Assembly (NCBI GenBank): GCA_965645245.1
Contig: OZ287071.1
Coordinates: 868,001 to 932,000 of the forward strand
Source: Massalongia carnosa
Taxonomy: Eukaryota
DNA: 64,000 nucleotides
Direction: 5' to 3'
The translations under genes and the position numbers were made by a program. The notes under the pieces are model-generated. The model was given only the letters and a program-made list of their open reading frames with translations, did not search any database and was not told the DNA's origin. Of the stretch, positions 1 to 13,274 are shown piece after piece (positions within the stretch are counted from its first letter, which is position 1; every line of letters starts with the position of its first letter).

Positions 1-1023
1 GAGCTTGTCTCGTTTGCGGAATTACAAAAGACGTTGGGCCAGTTAGGATTCAATGGTGGTAGCACCTTGTTGCGCCTGAGCTTTAGACTTACAGAAATTC
101 CTCTGGAGGAGGCTATGGAAGAAATTGGTAACTATTTTAAAGCTGTTGGGGAGGATGAACCTGAAGGAGCCCACGTTGGAAGCATAACAGTTTCTGAAAG
201 CCTATCGAAACCCTCTCAATTTTCATTGTCAGAGGTCGAGCCAGAATCCTTGGATACTCCGGAGCCTATAAATACTCAAGCGGACGAAGAAATATCTACG
301 ACCCAGCAAACGATTTCGCCCCTTCCATCCGCCAACCAAACAATCAGCGGACCGAACCAACGACCTATCTCCGTTTTCGCCGCACCGACTTCAACAACTC
401 TTCATGCTTCACTTCAACCACATGACGAACGAGACTACGAGCCTACTGTTGATCACGCAAAGTTGCACCAATCCCGCCTTGCGTCCTCAACCCGTAACAG
501 ACGCCTACCCACCGATGCAGAAATTGCTGCACAACAGGAGGTTCAAAAACAGAAAGCGGCAGACGTTAAAGAAGTCAAAATAAAGATTCGTTTTCCAGAT
601 CAGACGCAAGTAGTCAGTACTTTTTCGAATTCAGATACGTCCACTACATTGTATGATTTTGTAATAGGACTTTTGGAGAATGAGAAGGAGCCCTTTTTGC
701 TAAATTTCAGCGCCATGAGTGGACCAAAATCCATCCCAAGGGAAGGCGCGGTAAAATTGATTGGGGGATTAGGGATGGCTGGGGGAGTGTTGGTAAATTT
801 CATATGGGACGAAGGGGCAAGTTTTGAGGCGCGGGGAGCTAACGTGCTGAAAGAAGAGTTTCGGGAAAAGGCTAAGGAGATCGAAGTTAAGGAGGTGAAG
901 GTAATCGAGGTTGATGACAAACAGGATAAGGGTTCTGCGGTAGGCAAAGAGAAAGATAGCGAGGGTAAAGGAAAGGGAAAGGGAGGCTTGCCAAAGTGGT
1001 TGAAGCTGCCAGGGAAGAAATGA
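1..1023 (+). CDS. UBX-domain protein, TUG/ASPSCR1/Ubx4-like (5' partial, open from base 1)
   Basis: Frame is open from position 1 (ELVSFAELQKTLGQLGFNGGSTLLRLSF). UBX motif KIRFPDQTQVVSTF...LYDFV, a DYEPTVDHAKLHQSRL segment and a C-terminal PKWLKLPGKK typical of this family. Confidence 0.75.
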   Translation, partial: ELVSFAELQKTLGQLGFNGGSTLLRLSFRLTEIPLEEAMEEIGNYFKAVGEDEPEGAHVGSITVSESLSKPSQFSLSEVEPESLDTPEPINTQADEEISTTQQTISPLPSANQTISGPNQRPISVFAAPTSTTLHASLQPHDERDYEPTVDHAKLHQSRLASSTRNRRLPTDAEIAAQQEVQKQKAADVKEVKIKIRFPDQTQVVSTFSNSDTSTTLYDFVIGLLENEKEPFLLNFSAMSGPKSIPREGAVKLIGGLGMAGGVLVNFIWDEGASFEARGANVLKEEFREKAKEIEVKEVKVIEVDDKQDKGSAVGKEKDSEGKGKGKGGLPKWLKLPGKK

Positions 1024-1384
1024 ATCCGGCTTTGCTGCATGGTTAGAAGGCTGAAGAAAGGGTCTGTAAGATGAATGATGAGCATGAGCCAATGATAAGA
1101 CGCTAAAACCACACTGGGATGCGAGCATCTGCACGGCGTCTATAGAGCATCATTGGATTACCGCTGCAGATATGTCAATGGAGCTGTTCAGCTAACGAGG
1201 CTCATGAGCGCCACGCAGCGGCTAGCTTTTCAAGAGGCTTCTGAGTAGCAGTACATGGTCCTTGACAGACAATTTTTCATCTCAGCTCGCACTAACTGTA
1301 ATCCCAACCCTTTCTCTTCCCAGCGTTCCCGCGTCATTCGTCTCTCCGCCCAAGCTTAACTCGTCCGTGCAAGCCTTCCTCCAC

Positions 1385-2265
1385 CTAATGACCCGCACGC
1401 CTTGACTCAGCAATGACGCCTTGCAGCTCGTCAACCTTTCGCTTCGCGCGGCCGAACGTGCCGAGCTATATATCACCACCACCGCAATTAGCATATGAGC
1501 TTTACCAATCCACCTCAATGCCCTTGATATGTTGGTATTTGTAAAAACGGGAAAAAAGCATAGATATCTTCCGAATCCAAGCGCATTCGATGAAACGTGG
1601 TCGTATGGAAAAAGCTAAGACTGTCGAAAGGGATACGTACTCGCTTCTTGGCCAGTTTCCGTGCGCGCTTGTCTTTGCTATTACGGAGGAGTTCGATGAC
1701 GCGACGTTCGTAGGGGGCGAGTCTATATAATCAAAATAATGATTTAGCTTCTGGAGTCTAGAGTGGATGATAGTAAGGGTGCATTGCGGAATGAACCAAA
1801 GGAGAATTTCCAAGCGGGCCTAAAATGTACAGGACATCCTCGATAGACAAAGCCATATACATTTCACCTTCGTAAGCCAATAAGGACGATTAAGGTGCTC
1901 CAGGTAATATTGAAGTCAAATCCCGGCACTTAGGCGGAGAAAGCAACTCTTTATGACCAATGGCATCACAAAAAAGAAGCAACATACCCAGAAACCTCCT
2001 TTACGATCTCTCTTACAAACGCTGTGCGTTTGCTTAAATGACCTTTGGTGCGCGAGATACGCGGCTTAGCTTCGCGAGACGTAGTTTTCTACAGCAAAGC
2101 GCAATGGAAACACCATGGTGGATTAGTATATCTTATTCTTCGTGATATCAAGTGTGTTTTGAACTCTGTAGAGCACCGAGATTGGCGTTGTAATGGACAG
2201 GAACGGGAACGTACATGGCCACGGTTCAAGCCAACGGCAATGCCACTGCGCTCCTTGATGGCCAT
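1385..2265 (-). CDS. RPL36: 60S ribosomal protein L36 (4 exons: 2265-2215, 2088-1988, 1722-1641, 1465-1385)
   Basis: Hand-spliced at GT-AG sites: [104 protein letters not shown]. All exon phases are consistent. Not in the ORF track. Confidence 0.95.
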
Positions 2266-3869
2266 CGTGGATGCTTTTGTTGATGATGACGCTGGTAGGA
2301 AACGATTGTGGATTTAGGTTTATGTGCTGAAGGCTAGTTTAGATTAGGCAAGGGCGGGAAATGTAGGGTTACGGGTTAGCGAACCCTAATAAATAGATTG
2401 AAGGACTCTCCCGTTTCAAGAAGTTGTGTAAAGTTATCCAAAAGTTCCATAACCAGATCTTCGAGAGAAATGATGAATATTTAAGTTACCCCAACATTTT
2501 TATTGAATATATACAATGAGGTTGTCTAGTAAATGCGCTTGAAAATACTTGTTATCGGTCTATCTTCTGCCAGTCCATTTGCTACCGAGTATTTTGCACG
2601 GCCTCATCTAACTCATTGGGGTATTTAAGGTACGTTATGGTGGTCAGAGAATCACGTGGAATTGCAGCTTGTTCATAGCTAATGCAAATCTTGGGAAGAG
2701 ACAACAGTTTGAATGCAACGTACTCTGTGCATAGCGATGATTACATCCGAATGAACTGCCGGAGCTCATTGCAGAGGCAAGTCTTAAGCTGCAGAGAGGA
2801 TATGAAACAGCCAGCGCACCAAAGGAAGTGTACCAACGGATATGGATAGTTATTTAGGGGTTGAGGTGAGTTTAGTAAATAGGAATTGGTGAGCTAGATG
2901 GTGCCCATGACTCAGAAAGGCAGGCGCATTGAATGACACGGACGATTAGTGATTCTGGGCCTTGGACTTCCAACGCACAAGAAAAATGGAACAGGTTCTA
3001 GGGGATTCCAAAGGGTGCATGAAGCAGACTCTGCCCGTCGAGATCTTTTCGACATTTCCGTGGTTCTGGAAGTATAAGTACAGGCGCAAAGGTCATTAAT
3101 AATCTTAAATGCACCAGAGGTCAACGAAAGCGACGATCATTGCACGATAAGGCCTCTCAAGGTTGAAGCTAAGGCGCATTGCATAGAAAACGCAGTAACA
3201 GAGGAAGCTGTCAAGAATGCGTGGGGAGCTTTCTCTTAACCGGGTGGCATGTGCCAGTATTGGCTACATCGGATGAGTGCAATTTGCAGGTTCATTGGGC
3301 CATCTCAGATCAAGCGATGCATGGCGCAATTGCTCGGGATCGGCTGCTGGCCGCAGTGGGGAAGAGTAAAGCCACTGGAGGCTGCCCTGCGTGGCATGGC
3401 ATGGCCTACGTTCTCCAGGTCGATCAAATGATTGCGGTACGGCCATATATGGCAGTCGGACGAACCTGAAAACCCTTTGGGAGGAGGAATGCGTTTAGAA
3501 CATGTTCTAGACTCGTCTTAGAGGAGACAAAGGTTTGGAGCTCTCTTCAAAGCTTCCCATTCACAGTCGACCGATGAAGTATGTACCCAAATCCTAGCCC
3601 CCGAGTTGTTGTGACTCCGCGAATCCGCAATCTGTACTTTGTACTCGGTCGAGTTCCAAATCTACCTGTCTTGGGCACTGAGAATGTTATACTAAATAAC
3701 GCTAATATTGGCTTATTCAAGATCCAGTATCCAAATTACCCATTTAAACTTTAGTCTTAAGTCGTAATCTAATAAGATCAGCCAGAAAGGTGTGCAAGAA
3801 TCTCGGGTTGGGCAGGAGAACATGAGGTAAAATTGCCTCAGAACAAATGTAGTTCAGTCGTACCGAATG

Positions 3870-3929
3870 CAGAGTAGTATACAGAGTAGTATACAGAGTA
3901 GTATACAGAGTAGTATACAGAGTATACAG
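3870..3929. repeat. 12-bp tandem repeat (CAGAGTAGTATA)x4 plus a truncated copy
   Basis: Directly visible; it produces the spurious YTTL repeat in ORF 3744..4115. Confidence 0.9.
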
Positions 3930-4872
3930 TAAAAAGTGAAAAGTGCCTAGAAATAGACTAGGCAGATCTTGGGCAATGCACATTGTACGATATGGAGGGG
4001 AGACGTTTGAAGCACTTTGGACTAAGGGAGTCTGGGCCCAGAAAAAGACCCTGGGATCAATGCTGCAAGAGAGAGAACCGGCAGAACCGAGAGAACCGAG
4101 AGAGCAAGCAAGCAAGAAAGAGAGCCAATCTTATTCCGTCTCCGTTTCTTGTCTTCGCAAAACATATCTAAAAAAGGAAGAGAACTTTAGTTGACAGCAG
4201 CGGGCAATCTTCTGCCACTTTTCACATCTCTCTTCAAGTCTCACTTCCATGACTTGCATTCAACTACTGTCTTCGCGTCTTGTCAACTCCTGGTATTCCC
4301 CCTGACCCCGTCGATCCTCGCAAAGTTGCCTTCTTGAAGGAACCACCCATCCGGCATGACGTGATTCACAGCAACTAATGCCCGCGGAAACCGAACCTGC
4401 AATAATGAAGGCGCTCTTACATAACGTTACCTAACCAATCCTATTAACCTCGTCGATTAGGCACTCTTCGTGTTTCTCATCAATCCTCACAAGACCACCA
4501 CTACTACAACCCCCCCCCCCCCCCTTTAAGCTTAGTTGTATAAATATAGACGCATCTCGCCAATCTGTGGCTTGAATCCACGATCGGTTTCACAGACAGC
4601 GACCACGGCTGTTCTTACGCACCTGCGCATCTGTCTCCTGGCTCGTTTTTCCCTTCGTATGTGGATGGTTCGGCTCTTCAAGAATTCTGAAACTAAATGA
4701 CATTGCCTGGAAGATTTTACGCAGCCAACAAATCATATCGCAGCATTTTCTCCATACGGATACACCTTCCATGTCTTCTTTCGCCAAGCGTCAAGTTCTG
4801 CGAATATCAAAAATATCACTATTCCTAATCTATGCATAAACCTAGAATTTTTGCAACGACGGTCTTTAAGCC

Positions 4873-7691
4873 ATGGAAGACGCCGTGGGAAAGAATGGGC
4901 TAGAGGGGATGATGGAGAGGACATCACTGTGCGTGTCAGGCCCCACGCCTGGGATTGCGTCGCACGACGGTGATGTGGGCTTTCGCGAAAGGGTTCAGCA
5001 GCATTATTCGGTATCAGAGAACAACGCGGTGGAGCAACTTGTAATTTTGAAAGCCAAGCTCATCACAGCAGCGACGTACGATTTTTGGACCCTACTGATG
5101 GAGGGCATGACGAGTATCACACAGGCTCAGTACGGCTTCGTGACAAAGCGAATTTTAGTCGATGACCAGAATTCCGCGGTAGAGATGCCACCCATAGGGG
5201 AACCTGGATCCTGTCTTCTTGGAGTCGCTTTCTACTACAACGATGGGAACCAAATTACGAATCTCCATAGAGACTACAAATATCTAGCATACGGCGCTCC
5301 TTGTCATAATATGAAACATGACAAGGTCTTCTTGATCCCCAATGGCCTGCCTGAGTTTGTCACAAATAACCCAAACGAATTTCCTTTCCCGACAGAAGCA
5401 TATCTTGGGGTGCCTCTTTTTGCAGATGGCAAATGCTTTGCACATTTTGGTATGATGTGGACGGTACAAGGGCTCAAGAAATTGAAATTAGGTTGGGCTT
5501 TTGTGGAGATGCTATTGCACTCCCTCGAAGACCTTATTTTACAGCGGTTAGTGGACGGCCAAAGCTTCGCGAGGGGGGTGGAAAACAATAAATTAGCCAA
5601 GGTTATTCCTCAAGAAGCCGTTACGGCAGCGCAGTCTTTGAAACCATATGCTCGAAGCTTGTCGCACGAACTTAGAACGCCTATGCAAGGAGTGGTCGGG
5701 ATGTTAGATGTTATGCATGCAACAGTTCAGGAGTCTCTCGAAGGACAATCCGATGCCGTGGTACGGAAAGTGCTCAAAACGTTGCGAGAGAATATTGAAG
5801 TAGTTCAAGGTGAGTTCTAATTGTTCCGAAAATTAGGTGATCCTTCAATGACCCTTCCATTAGATAGCTCACGAAGGGCTGTAGAGGCAGCTGATAATGT
5901 CGTTCATGCATACGATCTGAATATGCAGGTCCCAGATACTCCCATACCTGCTGATGATGACGAAAACATGGATATACAATCAGCCGTCTCTTCAGAAAGC
6001 CGACGGCCAAGCTTACTTCTGGACGGTAATAGTATCTTTTTCAGGCGGAACAAAAGGCAGCGGACCAGCTCCGCCGAATGGGACGTTGCTCCTGCTACCA
6101 AGCACCGTGTCGTTCAGTCTACAACCCCAACCCCCCATCGAGATGTCTCCCCGCATACAGCCTCTTTACGGACTGCGGTGGAAGAAAGCGATAGCATCAC
6201 CAGCGGTATGCAGGACGTCTTGCAGTCTGGAAAAAAAGCCAAAGGTACCAGGCGACAGAGTGCAGCAGTCTTAGACTCGGAACTTACTTTTGACACATAT
6301 GAGCCCGAGGCGGTGGTTACCCCTGGTCTCAGGCACACAAAGGTCCGCGACCTTTTACGGCTTATCGTCAACGAGTCATTGAGGGTAGGGGGAAGGCCAG
6401 ATTCAGCTGTGGCCGAAGATACCGATGGTGGAGAGATCATCGAAGTAAGAACAAGGAACTCCAAGGGCGAAACCTCCAGCAAAATCATTGATTGGTCGGT
6501 TGACTCACTTGTGCCGGAAACGATATTTGGTAAGTCTCTTATGAAATCATTTGAAGACTGGGCTGACAGACCTGATATCTAGTCGACGAGCGCGACCTGG
6601 CAAAGCTAGTCTCTTGCGTTTTCCTTAATGCTGTTAAGTTTACCGAGTGCGGGAAAATATCGCTCAGAGCGGCTTTGAGCAACACCTCGCGTCGTTTCAT
6701 CATTATCAACGTTATTGATACTGGACCTGGTATACCACCCGCGTTCATGCCGAACTTGTTTAAAGCTTTCTCTCGTGAGGATGATTCCTTGACTCGACAG
6801 AAAGAGGGTCTCGGCTTAGGGTTGCTAGTTGCCAAAGGTCTGGCTCGCAGAATAGGCGGAGAACTCGTGTGTGTCCGATCGGACATAGCTGGTCCGCGGC
6901 AGGGGACTGAATTTGAGCTTCGTGTTCCTATCTCTACATTTGATACAAATAGTAGAACAGGCACACCAGCATTATTAAATACACCTTCCCGATTTTCCGC
7001 AGAAGACTCAGCGATTTCGAATTCAAGAGGGAGGCAGACATCATCGATGAACCGCCGGGGCACATCTCGCCGAAATTTTGATTCCCAGACCCCTGATCCA
7101 TCGTCTTTTGCAAAAGTTACGTCGCCTCTCGTTCAGTCATCGCCTTCCCATCGGAACAGCCTTTCTCAGAGTCAGCCGTCCTCAAATCGACGCCCCTCTA
7201 TAAAGAATGTGGTCACTTTCGACCGCAATCTAGCTAAAAAGTATCCTCTCACATTTCTTGTAGCGGAAGACAACAAACTTAACAGAAAACTCCTTGTCAA
7301 CATGCTTTCCAAATTTGGTTACAACGACGTTCATGAAGCGTATGACGGGGCTGAAGCAGTACGGCAGATGAATATTGATCGGGACGTACGAAACGAGAAA
7401 CCCATCGATGTTGTCTTGATGGACCTTTGGATGCCGGGCATGGACGGTTACCAAGCCACAGAAAGGATTCTTGCAATGGAGAAGGAAAAACGCAAGCGTG
7501 GGATACTGAATGAGAAAGACGACGATCAGGCCAGAAGGAAGCGAGGCGTCACCATTTTGGCGGTTAGCGCCGATGTGACAGATTCGGCGTTGGAAAGAGC
7601 GAGAGAGGTCGGAATGGAGGGGTTCTTGACGAAGCCGTACAAGCTACTTGATCTGGAAAGACTTATCATCGAGTATTGCTCAGGCGAGTGA
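4873..7691 (+). CDS. Hybrid sensor histidine kinase (GAF-like - HisKA - HATPase_c - receiver); exons 4873-5809, 5864-6529, 6583-7691
   Basis: H-box SLSHELRTPMQG, N-box FLNAVKFT, G1 VIDTGPGIP, G2 GLGLGL, receiver LVAEDN...VLMDLWMPGMDG...LTKP. Both introns are GT-AG and in phase. Confidence 0.9.
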
Positions 7692-8447
7692 GGCCTTATG
7701 ATGAAGTGGCAGCCCGGCCAGACACCATTAACGACGACATCTTTCGATTATTTAGAGGCAGATTCGGCAGTAAAAAGTCACCATCTCCTTCGGCGCAATG
7801 TTCGAATAAAAAAGAAAAGGGGTTGGCGTATTGACGCATTTACATGGTGACATATATGGCGAATTCAGCCAATCAGAAGCACTTGAGCTACGAGTTCGAT
7901 GACGCACACGATGTATAGTAATGCACGAACCACCTAGATACCTGATAAACGATGAGTGTTAAACCAAATCGTTGCAGCAATGAGCCGAGTGTTTGAGACT
8001 ATTGCCAGGGGTAATAAGTGTTTTCAGTCTACAAGAGACATGGCAATCAAACAAATACCTAGCAACAACCTCCACACCTTTGGATTATTGGGGAATTCTC
8101 GCTCTTCATCAAAGACAGGAAGTGCGTATGAGGCCCGTAGAATAGGGAGAAACTCGGGTAAAAGATGGAGTTTTCGTGCCTTGCTTCAGCCTCAAATCTC
8201 GAGACGATCCCAGTTAATGGACTATTGCATGATTTAGCTCATCCCTTGTTACTTGTACAGAATTCGAATGTCACATTCCACGCCGAAACTATGGCTTCGA
8301 TTATTCTTCTCCCTTCACATTTCCCCTCGCTAAATAACAAAACAAGCTATGGTTTCTTAATATAATATGCGCATCTCCATCATATCTTATTCTGCTTTAG
8401 AATTTTGCAAGTTTGGAGCATGAGTTCAATACCATTGAGCTAATAAC

Positions 8448-9941
8448 ATGGCCCATAAGCAGCGAGATGTCAGGTGGGTTGAGGTCCGGTTTTGTCTTCT
8501 CTTATTTAGTCAATTAAACATCCTGCTAATGCATTGCAGGGGCTCCGTGGTGTCACCGCTCTCTTGATTGTCACTGGTCATATCTTCACAGCGCTAGACG
8601 ACAGCCTGCTCTCACCAGCACGTTCCGACCATTCACTCCCCTCCCTCTTCCAGCTTCCTATTCTTCGCCTAGTCATTTCTGGACGAGCGAGCCTGTCGAC
8701 CTTCTTCCTCATCACAGGCTTTGTTAGTTCTCTTAGCTTCCTTAAGCATGTTCGTGCTGGCAACCCGAACGCCGCATTAATAGGTCTGGCCAGGAGTTCT
8801 TTCAGGCGCATTGGCCGCATGATCTTGCCTGCCACCGCCTCAACGTGTGTGAGTTGGGCACTTTGCCAGATGGGCGCGTATAGCCTGGCGAAAAGGGGTG
8901 AGATAACGTGGTTCCGAGAGATGAGCCCGTCGCCAAGTGCGTCCTTTGCGCAGGCGATTTGGGACCTGGTGTGGAACATTTGGACCACATGGGCAAAATC
9001 GTCGAATGAGTACGACAAGGTTCAATGGAATTTGTTCTTTCTGCTGAAGGCATCTTTGACGGTTTATACCATCCTGCTAATGACGACTTACGTCACCCCG
9101 AATGCCCGCAAACTCTGTCTCTTCGCCTTTTACATGTACGGGTGGATGAGCGGTGAAGGTACCTTCATTCAATCAAACCCCCGTTTCAAGGCGCAAATTC
9201 CCACGCTGACAATTCCTTCAAGTCTTGACGGCAATGAACATTGGCGCCGGAATGTTCCTTGCGGAACTCTTCCATGACCAGGCCAATGCTCCCCCATCCT
9301 CCTCCCAAGCACCCAAAATCTCCATCGCCAGAGCTTTACCCCCACTTCTCCTAGCAGCAGGCGCTATTGTCGCCGGCTACCCAGAAAAAAACGCCAAATG
9401 GACCCCTTGGTCCCACGCGCTTGAAACGCTCGGTACGCACCTCTTCCGCCCCGGCGCAGACCTCTCCCGCTGCTGGGGATCCGTCGGCACCACTCTCATC
9501 CTGCTTGCTATCTTGCACATGCCCGCGCTGCAAGCGGCCCTCGCGCATCCGCTGCTCGTATGGATGGGCAGAGCTAGCTTCGCCGTGTTTTTACTCCATT
9601 CACTGCTGGTACGCAGCCTGTTCTGCTGGATGCTGTATGCGTATTCGGTCGTGCCGGCAGCGGTGGAGGGAAAATCACCGGAGCCATGGTCATCGTCATT
9701 GTCTTTAATCGGTGTAGAGGAGGAGGGGAGCCTAGGCGTGATGGGGCGATTGCCTCCAGCGAATGGAGGTAGTTTGTGGCTTATCTTAGGCCTGTTTTTC
9801 CCACTGCTGTATCTTTTCGCCCATCTGTGGACCGTGTACGTGGAGGGGCGGTGTGGGCTGGTGGCGCGGTGGGTGGAAGAACGCATGACGGGGAATTACG
9901 AAAGCAGGTTAGATCATCATCGGGCGGCTTTGCCCAAGTGA
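8448..9941 (+). CDS. Acyltransferase family 3 (OafA-like) membrane protein; introns ~8484-8539 and ~9159-9222
   Basis: N-terminal RWVEGLRGV motif after splicing, FFLITGFV, VQWNL and WMGRASFAVFLLH motifs, many hydrophobic helices. Confidence 0.8.
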
Positions 9942-10509
9942 AGGACATTAACGTGCTGATGATGTATTCTGGAAAAGCGGTCATCCTAGCTAATGGTGGA
10001 AAGGGGGGGTAATATATTTTTAGATTAGAAGCACATACTCTGGCCAGGATAAGAGCCTAACGTGGTCTTTGTGGAACAAACCTTTGCTCCATCCTCTCAA
10101 GCCGGCCCATACCTGTCCCTCTCCCTTCCACACTCCCTTTCTCAATCCAACCCCCCCCCTAAACCGAGTTCCATCTACCAATCAGCCGTTTACTTTTGTT
10201 CCATTCATACTGCCACTTTCCTTGATGAAGAAGAAGGAGAAGGAGAAAATAGAACGAAGGAGTCCAAACAGCTAATAGGCATTTGATATCTAAACACAAG
10301 CGATCAAGAGAATACACGCTAGAACGAAACGGGGCGATAGGGCTTAGAGTCCTGCACTAGTCCCGATTAGGTGCTGCTGATCTGCGGCTAACCAGCTGTT
10401 TTCGGCCAGTTTGCTTCAAAGCTTCCCAGCGCAAAACGTTAATAACAACTTTAGCTCAGCCAAGCCAAAAGGTGCCGTTGAGGATCCTGATAATTTGTTG
10501 CAAAGGCCC

Positions 10510-12345
10510 ATGAAAAGCAGTGAGCAGGCTCCGAGGATGGTCAACGAAAAGGATTCTCTGCCCAAACAGCCCAATGGCCACCGAGCCGACGCCATTGCGA
10601 CGAAACTTGTCAATAAGTCCAATAGCGTGCAGGAAAAAGCAACCACTGGCAAAGAGGGTAAGAAAGAGAAAACTCCCGCCGGCGGCTGTGATGAGACTCC
10701 ACTCCCCGATGCCCCACGGGGATACACCCTGAGGTTTACATTCCACCGCGCAAAAAGCCTCCCCATGGCAGATATTACCTCACTGTCCTCGGATCCATAC
10801 GTGCTGGCGCAACTAAACACCCAGCTTCCTACCCGTCACAAGCAAGACCCGCATTTGCGCTTTCGCACGCCCACGATCCGCCGATCAACGGAGCCGGTAT
10901 GGAATTGCGAATGGATTGTCGCCAACGTGCCGGCCAGTGGGTTTGCGCTCAAGGCGCGGATCTACGACGAGGATCCGGCGGACCATGACGATCGGCTGGG
11001 CAATGTGCATGTGCATGTGAAGGAGATTGGAGAAGGGTGGGAGGGAATTAAAGAGCAAGAATTCAAGATCAAGAAGCGCATGGGGAGCAAAAGAGCCTAT
11101 ATGATTCGGGGATGCGCGGCAATGATCTCATCCAGTGTTCACCTATCGGGGAGCTTAATCGTGAGCGTGGAGTCGCTTGGGCGCACGGAAGAAGATCATG
11201 GAGGAAGAGTTTGGACGGTGGGACCGTGTGTGTGGACTCAGCACTTTAGCCCTATGATTGGGAGATTGGCAGGTACAAAGGAGCCTGGGGAAAACGGTTC
11301 TTCAGAAAAATACAAGTATGCCCCTTTTCTGCTCCTATTTTCAAACCCACTCTCTCACCTTCCTGTCCAATAAACTGGCTCACATCGTTCACTCAGCTTC
11401 CAAGCCAACCAATTCCAACTCGAAGGACCCGTTCCCGCATCTCTATATCATCGCTACGTAGAATTTAAACCATTCGTCGCCGGCATGTTCAACTCCAAGT
11501 CCCTGCGTGGTCGCATCCTCAACCGTGCCCTGCACCACCAGCACGCGCGTGTTTACAACTATGATCGTACCACTGTCTACGGCTCTTTTCCACAACCGTG
11601 TAGAGAAATGTCCGTTAAGTTCCTCGACCTGGTGCACTACGACCGCGGGGGTCGCATCTACACCTATGTCCTCACCCTCGACGGCCAATGGCGCTTCACG
11701 GAAACGGGCAAGGAGTTCGGCATCGACCTGCTGTCTAAACACACCATGCACAGTGACGTGAACATGTACATTGCCTTCAGCGGCGAGTTTTTCATCCGTC
11801 GCCTCAAAAACCCACACCAGTCCCCGCTAGAGCAGGAGACGCACCCGCCCGCCGACATCGAGGGCGGGCCCCCAAACGCCGAAGGCCCCAAGGACCCGGC
11901 ATACTATGCGCTCGTCATCGACAACGACAGCGGCACCTACCGCCCCAACGCCAAGCTTCTGCCCGATCTGAAGCGCTTCATGCAGCGCAACCTGCCCGGC
12001 ATCAAGATCGTCACGCTCGACTGCACCGGAGACGCCGAGCGGATGGAGAAGATGAAGGGCGAGCAGTGCGCGCGTAAGACGAGCGAAGGTAGCCGGCAAG
12101 CGTTCGTGCAAGATGACGGCGACTCGTGGAGTAGTAGCGACGAAGAGGAGCTAGATCGGAGGGTTGGGGGTTTGGCGGATGAGGACGAGGAAGGCGGGGA
12201 AGGGAAGGGGAAGAGGAAGGAGAAGGGAAAGGGGGGCGAGGATCCCAAGAAGGGGTTGAAGGGGTGGATAAAGGGCGATCGGGAACGGGTGCAGCGCGAG
12301 ACAGAGGGGGATGAGGCCGGCAGAGTGCAGCCGAGCGCCGCATAA
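10510..12345 (+). CDS. Fungal C2-domain-containing protein; intron 11316-11396; start codon uncertain
   Basis: C2 motifs FHRAKSLPMAD...SSDPYV...TEPVWN...IYDED...DDRLG; conserved C-terminal FTETGKEFGIDLLSKHTMHS and IDNDSGTYRP. Confidence 0.8.
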
Positions 12346-13274
12346 GGGAGATTTCTAAATGAGGCTTCTGTTTCTCGCTCAAGTATTTCTTTTCTCTTAC
12401 ATAGGCGGACGATTCTTGGGGAGGGGGTCATCGGCGCTTCTGCAGCCTCCTTCTTTGGTATGCTGTTTTTGTGCGAGTTGCTTTTCTTCTTGGAGGCGTT
12501 GAGGAGGTTTGGCTCGCCCTGGATTCTAATTCTTCTCTTTCTCCTACTTCTCCTTTAGCTCCCTATCTAAGATTAAAAACAAAAATCCACTAACCCGACT
12601 ACCTATTTACCTACCTACTTTTACTCCCTTCTTTATTACTTCCCAATTTCCTCCCTGCATAAGCTTTTTCGTGACTTTAGATCTCCGTGCCTCCCTACCA
12701 TGTCTATTTATCAACCCATGCTATCGTGGAAAGAGAGAAAGAGAGAGCTCTCCCACACTTACGATGGCTAAAAACCCTCAGGTGGATTTAGTTCAGTTCA
12801 GAGGTAAGTAGGTAAGTAAGTATTCCGACCTTTTGCCCAAAATGGGGGGAAAGGGGGGCCGGGGGTAAGCTTCCGTTCTTGTATAGGTATCTCATCTTCT
12901 TCTAGTTAGATCAATGAGCTATACGTACTCAGTTATCACCCTTGTATTCAATTTAGGTGTGATGATGCTTTTATTATATGGTTGATTTAGGGCGTAGTTC
13001 CTAAGCAACGTTAGGGTTTTCGAACTTTACATGCTCAAAACGATGTTGAAGGCGCAACATTAATTTTAGATCTTTCATTCATTTATTTATCTTTTAGTTA
13101 TGTTTCTCATAAAATGATAAATCTAATAAAGGGTCGTCATGGATTTAACATAAAGTAATCATCGAGCGACAAAGCATGAAGCAAGAACGGGCCTGAAAGG
13201 GCTATAAGAAAACAGTAAGTACGATCTTTAACTGTCCGGCTAGAATTCCATGTCTTCCGTCTTAACTTTTCTTC

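Noticed and set aside
2481..2628. Possible degenerate MITE (TTAA..TACCCCAA / TTGGGGTATTTAA, with an inner AAAATACT/AGTATTTT pair)
   Set aside because: The arms need several gaps to align and no convincing TSD is present; cannot be distinguished from chance by eye.
3744..4194. ORFs with YTTL and REP repeats
   Set aside because: Products of short tandem repeats in the histidine kinase upstream region.
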